The notes beneath the pieces are model-generated. The model did no database searches. It saw nothing but the letters and a program-made list of their open reading frames with translations, and was not told the origin of the DNA. A stretch of 64,000 nt of DNA from a bacterium (lineage in GTDB: Bacteria > Desulfobacterota_D > UBA1144), in the NCBI GenBank assembly GCA_018654605.1, contig JABILG010000018.1:24702-88701 (forward strand). Reading direction: 5' to 3'. A program made the translations under genes and the position numbers. Shown one piece after another: positions 9,199-18,847 of the stretch. Position 1 is the first letter of the stretch; every line of letters starts with the position of its first letter.

Positions 9199-10053
9199 TT
9201 GATTAAAAAAAAATTTATTAAATCTATTGAAATTATACCTCCAAGGTACAAAATTGATAATTTATTCTTAAATCAAATTGTTAAGTACAACAAATCATTC
9301 GATTTATTAGACATAGCCTGTGCACCTATGGCTAATCTAAGAATCTCACCTATTTCATATGCTCACAACTTGATATTAAAAGGGATTAATCCTAATAAAA
9401 TAATAGTAAACTTTTCTACTAGAGATAAGAATACATTAGCGTTACAAAGTGAAATACTTGGAGTCGCTAGTATGGGTATATCTAAATTACTCTTAGTGAA
9501 AGGCGATCCTATATCAATCGGTAATAGCAAAAGATCTAAGGAAGTCTTTGAATTAAGAACTAATGATTTTATATCACTGGTAAACAACTTAAATAAAGGT
9601 GTCGACTATTCGAAAAATTTAATAAATTTTAGCCTTAACCTTACTATAGGTTCGACTTTGAACATTGACCTGCCCTTTAAGAAGATTCAAAAAACTATAA
9701 CAAAGAGGCAAAATATTGGATCAGACTTCTTAATAACTCAGCCTCTATATTCAGAAGAAGATTTTGTTAATCTCAGAGAACTTTCAAAGTTTTCTAAATG
9801 TAAAATATTTGCAGGAATTTTCCCCATAAAGAACAAGAAAACTTTTAAGAACCTAAACAATAAAATTAATGGTATAAATAGGAACAATATTCTATTTGAT
9901 GAGCTTAAAAAATCGAAAGAAGAAGATTTCATAAACATTTCATCTAAATACTTAATTGAATTACTAAAAAAGTATAAAAAAGACCTTCATGGAGTTCATA
10001 TTATGACTGCTGGGGATATAGTCTTAGCATCCAAGATATCAAATAAAGTTTAA
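9199..10053 (+). CDS. methylenetetrahydrofolate reductase family protein (MetF-like, divergent)
   Basis: 284 aa. MTHFR blocks: SIEIIPP (FEFFPP), FSTRDKNTLALQSEILGVASMGISKLLLVKGDP (HLTCRDRN...ALQS..LGA..GI.N.LALTGDP), FLITQPLY, AGIFP, GVHIMT (HFYTLN). Confidence 0.6.
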   Translation: MIKKKFIKSIEIIPPRYKIDNLFLNQIVKYNKSFDLLDIACAPMANLRISPISYAHNLILKGINPNKIIVNFSTRDKNTLALQSEILGVASMGISKLLLVKGDPISIGNSKRSKEVFELRTNDFISLVNNLNKGVDYSKNLINFSLNLTIGSTLNIDLPFKKIQKTITKRQNIGSDFLITQPLYSEEDFVNLRELSKFSKCKIFAGIFPIKNKKTFKNLNNKINGINRNNILFDELKKSKEEDFINISSKYLIELLKKYKKDLHGVHIMTAGDIVLASKISNKV

Positions 10054-10721
10054 TGCCAGATACAAAAAAGACATTTGACTCAATCTCAAAAAATTATGAT
10101 TTAATTAATCAGCTTATAAGTTTTGGGCTTCACAAAAAATGGAAGAAAGATTTTGTAAATTTAATCAATTTTCACGGTGATGTCGTAGATTTGGCTACAG
10201 GCACTGGAGATATCGCTATATCAATAAAAGAGAAATTCCCTGACGTTAAAGTTGTAGGATATGACCCAAGTAGCAGGATGCTTGAGATTGCTAAAAATAA
10301 AAACTCAAATAAAACAATCCTCTTTAAGAATGGATTTTGTGAGAATATGCCTTTTTCTGATTCAAGTTTTAACTTTGCAACTATAACCTTTGGTATTAGA
10401 AATACTAAATCTATACCTAAAAGTTTGAGTGAAATAAGAAGAATTTTAAAAGAAAATGGTGTTCTAATGATTATGGAATTTTCAAAATCTGACAACTTTG
10501 TTATTAAGAATCTATATAATATGTATTTAAATTATATTATTCCCATCATAGGACTCTTGTTCTCCAAATATGATGAGTATAAATATCTCGCTACTTCAAT
10601 CGAGTCTTTTTATTCTAAAGATGAAATGAATGAGATCTTAAGTAAAAATGGGTTTACAGTTGATAGGAATGTTCAGTATAATTTTGGCTTAGTGACCATC
10701 TATATAGTAACTAAAAGTTAA
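10053..10721 (+). CDS. ubiE: ubiquinone/menaquinone biosynthesis C-methyltransferase
   Basis: 222 aa. The N-terminus (FDSISKNYDLINQLISFGLHKKWKK) matches the UbiE/MenG signature, and the SAM motif VVDLATGTGD is present. Confidence 0.75.
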   Translation: MPDTKKTFDSISKNYDLINQLISFGLHKKWKKDFVNLINFHGDVVDLATGTGDIAISIKEKFPDVKVVGYDPSSRMLEIAKNKNSNKTILFKNGFCENMPFSDSSFNFATITFGIRNTKSIPKSLSEIRRILKENGVLMIMEFSKSDNFVIKNLYNMYLNYIIPIIGLLFSKYDEYKYLATSIESFYSKDEMNEILSKNGFTVDRNVQYNFGLVTIYIVTKS

Positions 10722-11716
10722 ACCTTGAAAGTCTCTAAAATTTGATCTTGGTATCCTCTAATAGTTCCAGAATCTAAATAATAATGGGGGGCCGTTAAAA
10801 TTGGAAATGACAAAAACTCTTTATATTCCTCAAGTTGTGATAATGCATCATCTCTGTCCCCACAAATTGCAAAATCTTTAACCATTTGGTCTGAAACATT
10901 TCTAATCATTTCTTCTTTGTCATTATTAAAATATGCATCTCTAATTTTTTTTATGTTATCTTCATAGCCTAAGTCTATAAAAGGCTTAAAGTATGCTTTG
11001 ACAGTTGCATAGAATGCTATAGTCCCCTTTGCATCGTTTACCGCTTTCTGTTTATCATTATTTATTGAACACAATACGATTGACGTAATTTTTGCTTTTG
11101 AATTATTCTTTTTAAAATACGGAAGAATATTATTTTCTAGATAATCTTTAGAACAAACTACATGCCCAATATAGCCATCAAAAATCTCACTTGATAAATT
11201 AGTCATATTTGGACCAATACCGCCTAAATACAGTGGTATTTGAGCTCTGAGGGGCTGAAATGGTCTTCTAAATGAACGTATAGTTAAATCATAGAAGTCA
11301 TCCTTGTAAATCAAGTCTTCTCTATTAATTAAAGACTTTTCAATATTTCTAAATAGCGCATTAAAGCTTTTCATTCTTTCTGTAGGTTTATCGAAATCAG
11401 GAAAATTGTGCCACTTCCTATTTGTATTTATTGCACCGGAACCTAGACCTAAAATTAATCTTCCATTAGATATTTCATCTATATCGTGCGCTGATATAAC
11501 AGTTACGAGAGGGCTTCTAGTAAAAGCAAGGGTAACAGCTGACCCCAAGTTAATAGTGCTCGTAATAGAAGATAAATAACTTAATTGCTCGAATGAACTT
11601 CTATATAACTCAGTAACCCAAAGAGAATGAAAACCATTTCTTTCAGCTTTTTCAGAAACATATTTTTGATTATCAAAAGAAGTAGGGTCTAAGATTAACC
11701 CAATATTGTTCGTCAT
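10718..11716 (-). CDS. LLM-class (luciferase-like) flavin-dependent oxidoreductase
   Basis: 332 aa with a TIM-barrel LLM N-terminus (NGFHSLWVTE, ILGLGSGA). Its start lies immediately after the rplQ stop. Confidence 0.7.
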   Translation of the reverse strand: MTNNIGLILDPTSFDNQKYVSEKAERNGFHSLWVTELYRSSFEQLSYLSSITSTINLGSAVTLAFTRSPLVTVISAHDIDEISNGRLILGLGSGAINTNRKWHNFPDFDKPTERMKSFNALFRNIEKSLINREDLIYKDDFYDLTIRSFRRPFQPLRAQIPLYLGGIGPNMTNLSSEIFDGYIGHVVCSKDYLENNILPYFKKNNSKAKITSIVLCSINNDKQKAVNDAKGTIAFYATVKAYFKPFIDLGYEDNIKKIRDAYFNNDKEEMIRNVSDQMVKDFAICGDRDDALSQLEEYKEFLSFPILTAPHYYLDSGTIRGYQDQILETFKV

Positions 11717-12154
11717 TTATTCCACCTTTTTTGAATCACTTACTTCTTCATCAACTAATTCGGGGGAATCAATCTTGGACTGATCTTGAAATGGAACTTC
11801 CATCCCAACTAACTCAATCAAAGATATAGGTGCAGCATCTCCTCTTCTAAAATTAAGCTTAACTATTCTAGTATAGCCTCCAGGTCTATCAGAAAAAGAT
11901 GGGGCTATTTCTTCAAATAATTTCTTAAGAATATCTTTATCTTTAATCTTTGTATTAACCAATCTTCTTGAATGGACAGAGTCAGTTTTTGCAGTTGTAA
12001 TAATTTTCTCGCTAAATCTTTTTAGCTCCTTAATTTTAACATCAGTTGAAGTTATTCTTCCATGTCTAAATAGTTCTGTACAAAGATTCCTTAAAACTGA
12101 TAATCTATGTTCTGTCTTTAATCCTAATTTTCCTTTTCTAACTCTATGTCGCAT
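11717..12154 (-). CDS. rplQ: 50S ribosomal protein L17
   Basis: 145 aa, N-terminus MRHRVRKGKLGLKTEHRLSVLRNL. Confidence 0.9.
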   Translation of the reverse strand: MRHRVRKGKLGLKTEHRLSVLRNLCTELFRHGRITSTDVKIKELKRFSEKIITTAKTDSVHSRRLVNTKIKDKDILKKLFEEIAPSFSDRPGGYTRIVKLNFRRGDAAPISLIELVGMEVPFQDQSKIDSPELVDEEVSDSKKVE

Positions 12155-12158
12155 AAAT

Positions 12159-13202
12159 CTAACCTACATCTTCGCTTACTTCTGTTTCCTCTTTCTTCTT
12201 TCTTTGCTCAAAATATAAGTCTCTATTAATATCCTCACCTAATTTTAAAGAAAAGGAGGCGACTACATCTCTTACTTCATACAAAGAACGTTTACCAAAA
12301 TTCTCTAGATTCAGTAAATCATCTTCACTTAACTGAATTAAATCTCCCAGAAATTTAATATTAGCTTTGCTTAAACAATTTAAAGAACGTGCAGAGAAGT
12401 CTAAATCTTCTACTTTAGTGAACAATACGTCCTCACCACCTGTAATCTCTTCTTTGATATCTTCAATAATCGGAATAGCATCAATTTCTTCTTCGTTGAA
12501 ATTAATAAATACAGATATTTGTTCTTTGATTATCTTTGAGGAAAATGCTACTGCGTCTTCTGGTGTAATTGTTCCATTGGTCCAAACTTCAAGAGTTAGT
12601 TTCTCAAAATCTGTTCTTCTTCCAACCCTCGCACTAGTAACGCCATAGTTGACTTTAACTACAGGGGAATATATAGCATCCAACTGAACTTCGCCGATTA
12701 TATGGTCGGCTGTTTCTTCTCTGGCTTCTACGGGTACATAACCTCTTCCCATTTGTATAGTTAAAACCATATCAAGTTTTGCACCTTCAGATAATGTAGC
12801 AATATATTGATCAGGGTCAACTATCTCGACATTTTGATTAACTTCAATATCAGAAGCTTTAACTTGCCCTTCACCTGAGACACTTAATGAAACTTCTTGG
12901 TCTTCATAAGTATGCATTCTTAATTTTAATTGTTTTAGATTTAATATTATCTCTGTGACATCCTCGGTTACCCCTGGGATAGTAGAGAACTCATGCATAA
13001 CACCGTCTATTTTAACTTTTGTTATTGCTGGTCCCTGTATCGATGACAGCAGAACTCTTCTTAATGTATTACCAATAGTAACACCATATCCCTTTTCTAA
13101 AGGTTGACATGTAAATTTAGCGTAATCATCAGCTTTTGACTTTTGATCTACTTGAATAGATTTAGGCCTATGAAGACCAAGCCAGTTTTTCTGAAATTCC
13201 AT
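12159..13202 (-). CDS. rpoA: DNA-directed RNA polymerase subunit alpha
   Basis: 347 aa with conserved N-terminal and C-terminal alpha domains. Confidence 0.95.
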   Translation of the reverse strand: MEFQKNWLGLHRPKSIQVDQKSKADDYAKFTCQPLEKGYGVTIGNTLRRVLLSSIQGPAITKVKIDGVMHEFSTIPGVTEDVTEIILNLKQLKLRMHTYEDQEVSLSVSGEGQVKASDIEVNQNVEIVDPDQYIATLSEGAKLDMVLTIQMGRGYVPVEAREETADHIIGEVQLDAIYSPVVKVNYGVTSARVGRRTDFEKLTLEVWTNGTITPEDAVAFSSKIIKEQISVFINFNEEEIDAIPIIEDIKEEITGGEDVLFTKVEDLDFSARSLNCLSKANIKFLGDLIQLSEDDLLNLENFGKRSLYEVRDVVASFSLKLGEDINRDLYFEQRKKKEETEVSEDVG

Positions 13203-13211
13203 TTATTTCTC

Positions 13212-13841
13212 CTATAATTTTGAGTAAAACTCAATAATTAATTGTTCATCGACAGGTTGTTTAAAATCCTCTCTATTTGGTAGCCTTTTAATAATTCCCT
13301 CTAGTTTTTCAGAGTTTAGTTCTAACCAATCTGGTACACCTCTTCTTGCAACTGATTCAATCGAACTTTTGACTCTTACGTTGTCCCTAATCTTTTCCTT
13401 TAATTCAATACGGTCCTCTAAAGAAACTATAAATGAAGGAATATCTACTTTTTTACCATTAACTAATATGTGACCATGATTTACGTACTGTCTTGCTTCA
13501 CTTCTTGAACTAAGCATTCCAAGTCTATAAACAACATTATCAAGGCGCCTCTCAAGATTAGAAATTAAATTGTGACCGGTAACACCATTTTCCTTAGCAG
13601 CTTTTATGTAATTATTCCTGAATTGCTTCTCGGTTAATCCAAAGATTCTTTTTAATTTCTGCTTTTCTCTTAATCTAACAGCATATTCAGAATATTTCTG
13701 TCTAAAATTAGACTGTGACTGTCCAGGCTTAACGTCAAGACGTCTAGCAGCTTTATCTGTATAAGATCTATCTCCTTTTAAGAAAAGTTCCTGCCCTTCT
13801 CTTCTGGATAGTTTAGTTGTTGGTCCTGTATATCTTGACAA
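13212..13841 (-). CDS. rpsD: 30S ribosomal protein S4
   Basis: The ORF extends to 13886 but overlaps rpsK. Alignment to S4 (M.RYTGP..KLSRREG) puts the start at the in-frame TTG at codon 16, preceded by GAGGAG/AAGAGG. Confidence 0.8.
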   Translation of the reverse strand: MSRYTGPTTKLSRREGQELFLKGDRSYTDKAARRLDVKPGQSQSNFRQKYSEYAVRLREKQKLKRIFGLTEKQFRNNYIKAAKENGVTGHNLISNLERRLDNVVYRLGMLSSRSEARQYVNHGHILVNGKKVDIPSFIVSLEDRIELKEKIRDNVRVKSSIESVARRGVPDWLELNSEKLEGIIKRLPNREDFKQPVDEQLIIEFYSKL

Positions 13842-13851
13842 TTTATACCTC

Positions 13852-14235
13852 TTAGACTCTTCTCTTTGCAGGTGGTCTACAACCATTATGCGGCAAAGGA
13901 GTAACGTCTCTTATTGAACTTACTTTAATTCCTACATTCTGTATTGATCTTATTGCTGTCTCACGACCTGGCCCTGGTCCTTTAACAAAAACTGATATTG
14001 TTTTCATGCCAAATTCTAATGCTTTTTTTGCTGCGTCCTCAGCTGCCATTTGTGCCGCAAAAGGTGTCCCTTTTCGAGTCCCCTTGAAACCTTTTTTTCC
14101 AGCAGCTCCCCATGATAAAACATTTCCCGACTCATCAGTTATGGTAATTATAGTATTATTAAAGGTAGCTTGAATATGAGCCTGTCCTGATTCAACAAAT
14201 TTTTTTACTTTTTTTACTTTTTTTACTTTTTTCAA
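13852..14235 (-). CDS. rpsK: 30S ribosomal protein S11
   Basis: 127 aa with a TTG start, (KKV)4 N-terminus and the conserved core ([15 protein letters not shown]...GPGPGRE...[13 protein letters not shown]). Confidence 0.9.
   Translation of the reverse strand: MKKVKKVKKVKKFVESGQAHIQATFNNTIITITDESGNVLSWGAAGKKGFKGTRKGTPFAAQMAAEDAAKKALEFGMKTISVFVKGPGPGRETAIRSIQNVGIKVSSIRDVTPLPHNGCRPPAKRRV
14199..14235 (-). repeat. tandem 9-nt repeat (AAAAAAGTA x ~4) encoding (KKV)4 at the 5' end of rpsK
   Basis: Seen on the plus strand as reiterated T-runs punctuated by AC (tttttttac x3-4). It is in frame. Exact bounds are approximate. Confidence 0.5.
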
Positions 14236-14254
14236 TTTATAGATGCTCCAAAAT

Positions 14255-14635
14255 TTATTTAGCTGCTAACTTTTTCTTAGCAATAGCAAGACCTTTCTTA
14301 CCTCTTCTAGTTCTAGCGTTAGATTTAGTCCTTTGGCCTCTAGAAGGTAGTTTCTTTCTGTGTCTGATCCCTCTGTATGAATTTATATCCGACAATCTTT
14401 TAATATTGTTCTGAATTTCCACTCTTAATTCACCTTCAACTAGACAATCGCTTTCAATATATTGTCTAATTTTAGAAACATCAGAGTCTGTTAGGTCTTT
14501 TGTTTTAGTCGTTGGGTCAATATTTGCACTTGTGAGTATATCTTTCGATACCTTGGGTCCTACACCATATATATAGGTTAAAGAGACATCAACTCTCTTA
14601 TTATCTGGTATATCTACTCCTGCAATTCTAGGCAT
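14255..14635 (-). CDS. rpsM: 30S ribosomal protein S13
   Basis: 126 aa, N-terminus [15 protein letters not shown]. Confidence 0.9.
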   Translation of the reverse strand: MPRIAGVDIPDNKRVDVSLTYIYGVGPKVSKDILTSANIDPTTKTKDLTDSDVSKIRQYIESDCLVEGELRVEIQNNIKRLSDINSYRGIRHRKKLPSRGQRTKSNARTRRGKKGLAIAKKKLAAK

Positions 14636-14674
14636 AATCTCTCCAATAAAAAGCTTATATTATATCTTATAAAC

Positions 14675-14893
14675 TCACTTCAATCTATAGGTTATTCTTC
14701 CTTTTGTCAAATCATAAGGGGAAACCTCTACTTTGACCTTATCTCCAGGCAGAATCCTAATAAAGTGGGTTCTCATCTTACCGGAAACATATGCAAGTAT
14801 TTTATGCTCATTTTCAAGTTCAACCTTAAACATAGCATTAGGTAACGCTTCTAAAATTGTTCCTTCTAATTCTATTCTATCTTCTTTTGCCAT
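14675..14893 (-). CDS. infA: translation initiation factor IF-1
   Basis: 72 aa S1-like OB fold ([30 protein letters not shown]). Confidence 0.9.
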   Translation of the reverse strand: MAKEDRIELEGTILEALPNAMFKVELENEHKILAYVSGKMRTHFIRILPGDKVKVEVSPYDLTKGRITYRLK

Positions 14894-14895
14894 AT

Positions 14896-15657
14896 TTAGT
14901 TAGTTAAATTAACTGGTCCTTTTTTTGTTATTGCGATTGTATGTTCAAAATGTGCAGATAGGCTACCATCTTTAGTAACAACAGTCCAATTATCGTCAGT
15001 GACTTCAACGTCTGGTGCTCCAATATTAACCATAGGCTCTATTGCTATAACTAACCCTTCTACAAGGTCGAGAGATTTTTCTCTTTTCTCCGAATCTAAA
15101 ACAAAGTTAGGTACTTGTGGGTCCTCATGAAGGTTTCTTCCGATTCCATGTCCAACATATGATCTAACTATAGAAAACCTGTTTTCTTCAACATAATCCT
15201 GTATTGCTTTTGAGATATCATAAAGCTTGTTACCTACGACTGCATTCTCAATTCCTTTATCTAACGATTTCCTCGTTACATCAACAAGCTTCTTAGTCTC
15301 CTCATTTAGGTCACCAACACCAAAAGTAAAAGCAGAGTCAGCATAAAAACCATCCTTAAACACCCCAAAGTCAACACCTATAATATCACCATTTTTTAAA
15401 ATTCTATTTTTTGATGGAATACCATGAACAACTTCTTTGTTAATAGATGCACAAATTGATCCAGGAAAGTCTTGATAACCCTTAAAGGCTGGTTTGAAAC
15501 CTTTTGAAAGAGTATATTCCTCAGCAACTTTGTCTAATTCCCAGGTAGAAACACCAGGCTCTACTAATTTAGATAAGATTTGTTGGACTTGTGCAATAAT
15601 TGCACCGCAATTCTTTATTCTTTCAATATTTTTCTTATTTTTTAATTGTATTGCCAT
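14896..15657 (-). CDS. map: type I methionine aminopeptidase
   Basis: 253 aa with metal-ligand blocks (GHGIG, VIAIEPM). Confidence 0.9.
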   Translation of the reverse strand: MAIQLKNKKNIERIKNCGAIIAQVQQILSKLVEPGVSTWELDKVAEEYTLSKGFKPAFKGYQDFPGSICASINKEVVHGIPSKNRILKNGDIIGVDFGVFKDGFYADSAFTFGVGDLNEETKKLVDVTRKSLDKGIENAVVGNKLYDISKAIQDYVEENRFSIVRSYVGHGIGRNLHEDPQVPNFVLDSEKREKSLDLVEGLVIAIEPMVNIGAPDVEVTDDNWTVVTKDGSLSAHFEHTIAITKKGPVNLTN

Positions 15658-15665
15658 AATCTCTA

Positions 15666-16211
15666 TTATAAAGCTTTAAATATGTTCTCCGAAACGATTT
15701 CAACAGAATCGTCACCCTTTATTTCAACTAATATACCTAAATCTTTATAATACTCTTTGATAGGTAAGGTCTGGTTCTTGTAAACATCTAATCTGTTTTT
15801 TATAGTCTCTTCATTATCATCGCTTCGTCCTCTCAAAAGAAGCCTTTCAATTAAAACAGAATCTTGAACTTCCAAGGAAACAACATTGTCAACCTTCAGG
15901 CTATTAGCTTTAAGCATAGCATCTAATGCATGAGCTTGAGATATTGTTCGAGGAAAACCATCAAGTAAAAAACCTTTACCAGAAGTCTCTGTAGTAATCT
16001 TATTCTTAATCATGCTAATAATAAGTTCGTCTGTAACCAGCTCACCTGCTTCCATAAATTTTTTAGCCATTAAACCCAATTCTGACTCTTTAGATACCTC
16101 TTCTCGTAATATGTCACCCGTTGAAAGATGTAACAAATCCAACCTGTCCTTCAGTGCGTCAGCCTGTGTTCCTTTTCCGGCTCCTGGGGGTCCAAATAAA
16201 ACTAAAATCAT
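15666..16211 (-). CDS. adk: adenylate kinase (short, no Zn lid)
   Basis: 181 aa with the P-loop GPPGAGKGTQ. Confidence 0.9.
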   Translation of the reverse strand: MILVLFGPPGAGKGTQADALKDRLDLLHLSTGDILREEVSKESELGLMAKKFMEAGELVTDELIISMIKNKITTETSGKGFLLDGFPRTISQAHALDAMLKANSLKVDNVVSLEVQDSVLIERLLLRGRSDDNEETIKNRLDVYKNQTLPIKEYYKDLGILVEIKGDDSVEIVSENIFKAL

Positions 16212-16215
16212 TCTC

Positions 16216-17523
16216 TCACCTCAAATTAAACCTACTAGGTTCTTTTTTTGTTTTCTTTCCATTCATCTGATCATAGTTAGACGAAATCAAGAAAGATTCA
16301 ATTTGTTGAATTGTATCTAGCGTAACACCTATAACAATTAGAAGAGATGTGCCGCCAAAGTAGAAAGGTAAGCTAAAAGGTTTAGCATTTAATATGGCTG
16401 GTATTATGCAAACAATTGCAAGGTATATGGCGCCAATAACTGTAAGTTTTGACATTATTAATTTAATATAATCAGTTGTATTCTTTCCAGGTCGAATCCC
16501 AGGAATAAAAGCCCCACCTTTTTTTAGATTTTCAGACATCTCATCAGGCTTAATTACCATCCCTGTATAGAAAAAAGTAAAAAATATAACTAGTACAGCA
16601 AAAACTGAATTATAGAAAAAACTATTATTTAAAAAAGTTTGAGCAAAATTATTTACACTTGGAATGTCAACATAATTAAACACTGTTAAAGGAAGGAGTA
16701 GAATCGATGAAGCAAATATTGGAGGGATAACTCCCGCAGGATTTATCTTCAATGGTAAATGAGAAGATTGACCAGAAAAGATTTTTCTTCCTTTAGTTTT
16801 TTGAGGATACTGAATGGGAATTTTTCTAAATGATCTCTCAACAAACACTATAGAATAAAGAATGAAGAGCATTATTATAAGAAATAGAATTACAGTTAAA
16901 ACATTTAGCTGACCGATTTTAACAAAATTAAATAAATTTCCTGTTGCACTAGGTATTCCTGCAATGATGGAAGTAGCAATTATTAGTGACAAGCCATTAC
17001 CAATCCCGTTGTTTGTTATCTGCTCGCCTAGCCACATTACAAAGAATGTTCCAGCCGTTAGTGTAATAATAGTTAAAACAAAGAAACTCATTCCTGGATT
17101 AAATACAATTTCTGCACCAGTACCTAGTCCAGTTTGCAATGCAGTTACAAGAAGTGAGCCTTGAAAAAAACAAATTAATATCGTTAAATACCTGGAATAT
17201 TGAGCTATTTTCTTTTTTCCAAGCTGATCCTTTTGCATTTCCTCCAACTTAGGAAAAGTTTTTGTCACTAAAGACATAACAATTGAAGAAGTAATATATG
17301 GCATGACGCCGAGAGCAAATATTGAAGCTCTTTCAAATGCTCCACCAGAAAACAAATTAATAATATCAAAGAATGACTTCCCCTGACTAGTAAAAACTTT
17401 TAATATTTCTTGAGAATCGACACCGGGTACAGGAACAAATACACCTAGCCTATAAATAATAAGTATTAATAATGTATATAGAATTCTTTTATTCAGTTCA
17501 GGAATCTTAGGCACAGTATCCAT
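16216..17523 (-). CDS. secY: preprotein translocase subunit SecY
   Basis: 435 aa polytopic membrane protein sitting in the spc-operon position. Confidence 0.9.
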   Translation of the reverse strand: MDTVPKIPELNKRILYTLLILIIYRLGVFVPVPGVDSQEILKVFTSQGKSFFDIINLFSGGAFERASIFALGVMPYITSSIVMSLVTKTFPKLEEMQKDQLGKKKIAQYSRYLTILICFFQGSLLVTALQTGLGTGAEIVFNPGMSFFVLTIITLTAGTFFVMWLGEQITNNGIGNGLSLIIATSIIAGIPSATGNLFNFVKIGQLNVLTVILFLIIMLFILYSIVFVERSFRKIPIQYPQKTKGRKIFSGQSSHLPLKINPAGVIPPIFASSILLLPLTVFNYVDIPSVNNFAQTFLNNSFFYNSVFAVLVIFFTFFYTGMVIKPDEMSENLKKGGAFIPGIRPGKNTTDYIKLIMSKLTVIGAIYLAIVCIIPAILNAKPFSLPFYFGGTSLLIVIGVTLDTIQQIESFLISSNYDQMNGKKTKKEPSRFNLR

Positions 17524-17527
17524 ATTA

Positions 17528-17965
17528 TTAAACTATCTTTATACTGCCACCTGCAGATTTAATTTTTTCTGTGGCTGATTTTGAAAAATGGTTTGCGGAG
17601 ATTTCATACTTTTTATCAAAATCACCGTTACCTAAAATCTTCACAGGCTTATTTCCATCTATTAGACCTATCTTGATTAATGATTCTAAATCAATTTTCT
17701 CAAGATTGTCTATCTTATTCAAAGTACCGACATTAATGACATCATATTCTTTTCTATTATAATTTCTGAAACCTCTTTTAGGTGTTCTTAAAACAAAACT
17801 TGACTGACCACCTTCAAAAAGTATAGGAACTCCGCCTCCAGATCTTGAATTCTGACCTTTATGTCCTCTACCTGCTGTCTTACCTTTTGACCCAGGACCT
17901 CTTCCTACTCTTGTTCTATTTTTTTTATTCTTAGTTTTAACTAATTCATTAAGCATTAACTTCAC
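17528..17965 (-). CDS. rplO: 50S ribosomal protein L15
   Basis: 145 aa (GRGPGSKGKTAGRGHKGQNSRSGG). Confidence 0.9.
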   Translation of the reverse strand: MKLMLNELVKTKNKKNRTRVGRGPGSKGKTAGRGHKGQNSRSGGGVPILFEGGQSSFVLRTPKRGFRNYNRKEYDVINVGTLNKIDNLEKIDLESLIKIGLIDGNKPVKILGNGDFDKKYEISANHFSKSATEKIKSAGGSIKIV

Positions 17966-18503
17966 CTTCTGCCTTATTTCTATAATACTGTTTTGGTAAA
18001 TCTAAATCTTCTTGCTTTTTACCATGATCTGCTGCAGTTTCTGCAGGATCATTTAATTGTTTCAAACATTCAATTGTTGCATTTACAACATTAATTGGGT
18101 TCCTAGAACCCAATGACTTTGTTAAAACATCTTTAATTCCAGCTAATTCCAAAACAGACCTTACTGCTCCTCCAGCTATAACACCAGTACCTGAACTTGC
18201 AGGCCTTATCATTACCTGACTTGTTAAATGTTTAGCATAAACTTCATGACTAATAGTTCTACCGTTTAAGCTTATTTCAATTAGATTCTTTTTAGCTTTA
18301 TCTATACCTTTTCTGATAGCATCTGGAACTTCATTAGACTTACCAAGGCCTGCTCCAACTTTATCTTTACTATTTCCTATAACCACTAATGCCGTAAAAT
18401 GAAAATTCTTTCCACCTTTTGTTGTCTTAGCCACTCTTCTTATATGGACTATCTTTTCTGCAAAATCTTTATCTAAACTATTCCTCGAATTATTATTTTT
18501 CAA
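17949..18503 (-). CDS. rpsE: 30S ribosomal protein S5 (with a ~20-aa C-terminal extension)
   Basis: 184 aa; core VHIRRVAKTTKGGKNFHFTALVVIGN. There is no L30 gene between S5 and L15. Confidence 0.9.
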   Translation of the reverse strand: MKNNNSRNSLDKDFAEKIVHIRRVAKTTKGGKNFHFTALVVIGNSKDKVGAGLGKSNEVPDAIRKGIDKAKKNLIEISLNGRTISHEVYAKHLTSQVMIRPASSGTGVIAGGAVRSVLELAGIKDVLTKSLGSRNPINVVNATIECLKQLNDPAETAADHGKKQEDLDLPKQYYRNKAEGEVNA

Positions 18504-18517
18504 AATTACACTCCAAA

Positions 18518-18847
18518 TTAAAAATTTAATCCCTTACTTCTAAGTTCGTCCGCAATTATTTTTATTCTACCGTGAAACTTGTATCCACTTTTATCAAAAA
18601 CTAATTTTTTAATACCCAATATGTCGGCTTTCTTAACTATCTCATTTACTATATCAGACGTATCAGTTTTTAATGTTGAAACTGATATTAAGGTATTGCC
18701 ACTTTTATCATCGACTAAGTTTACATATAAATTTTTTAGAGACTTGAATATATATAGCCTTGGAACCGTGCTTGTTCCTGAAATATTTTTTCTATTTCTT
18801 TTGTGACGAGTAATTCTTAATTTATTCTTAACTATTGGTTTTATCAT
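18518..18847 (-). CDS. rplR: 50S ribosomal protein L18
   Basis: 109 aa, sitting between L6 and S5. Confidence 0.85.
   Translation of the reverse strand: MIKPIVKNKLRITRHKRNRKNISGTSTVPRLYIFKSLKNLYVNLVDDKSGNTLISVSTLKTDTSDIVNEIVKKADILGIKKLVFDKSGYKFHGRIKIIADELRSKGLNF

Noticed and set aside
9199-11716. Treating the MTHFR-like gene, ubiE and the LLM gene as one operon
   Set aside because: The LLM gene is on the opposite strand, convergent with ubiE. Only the MTHFR-like gene and ubiE can be co-transcribed. The LLM gene instead belongs to the rplQ transcript.
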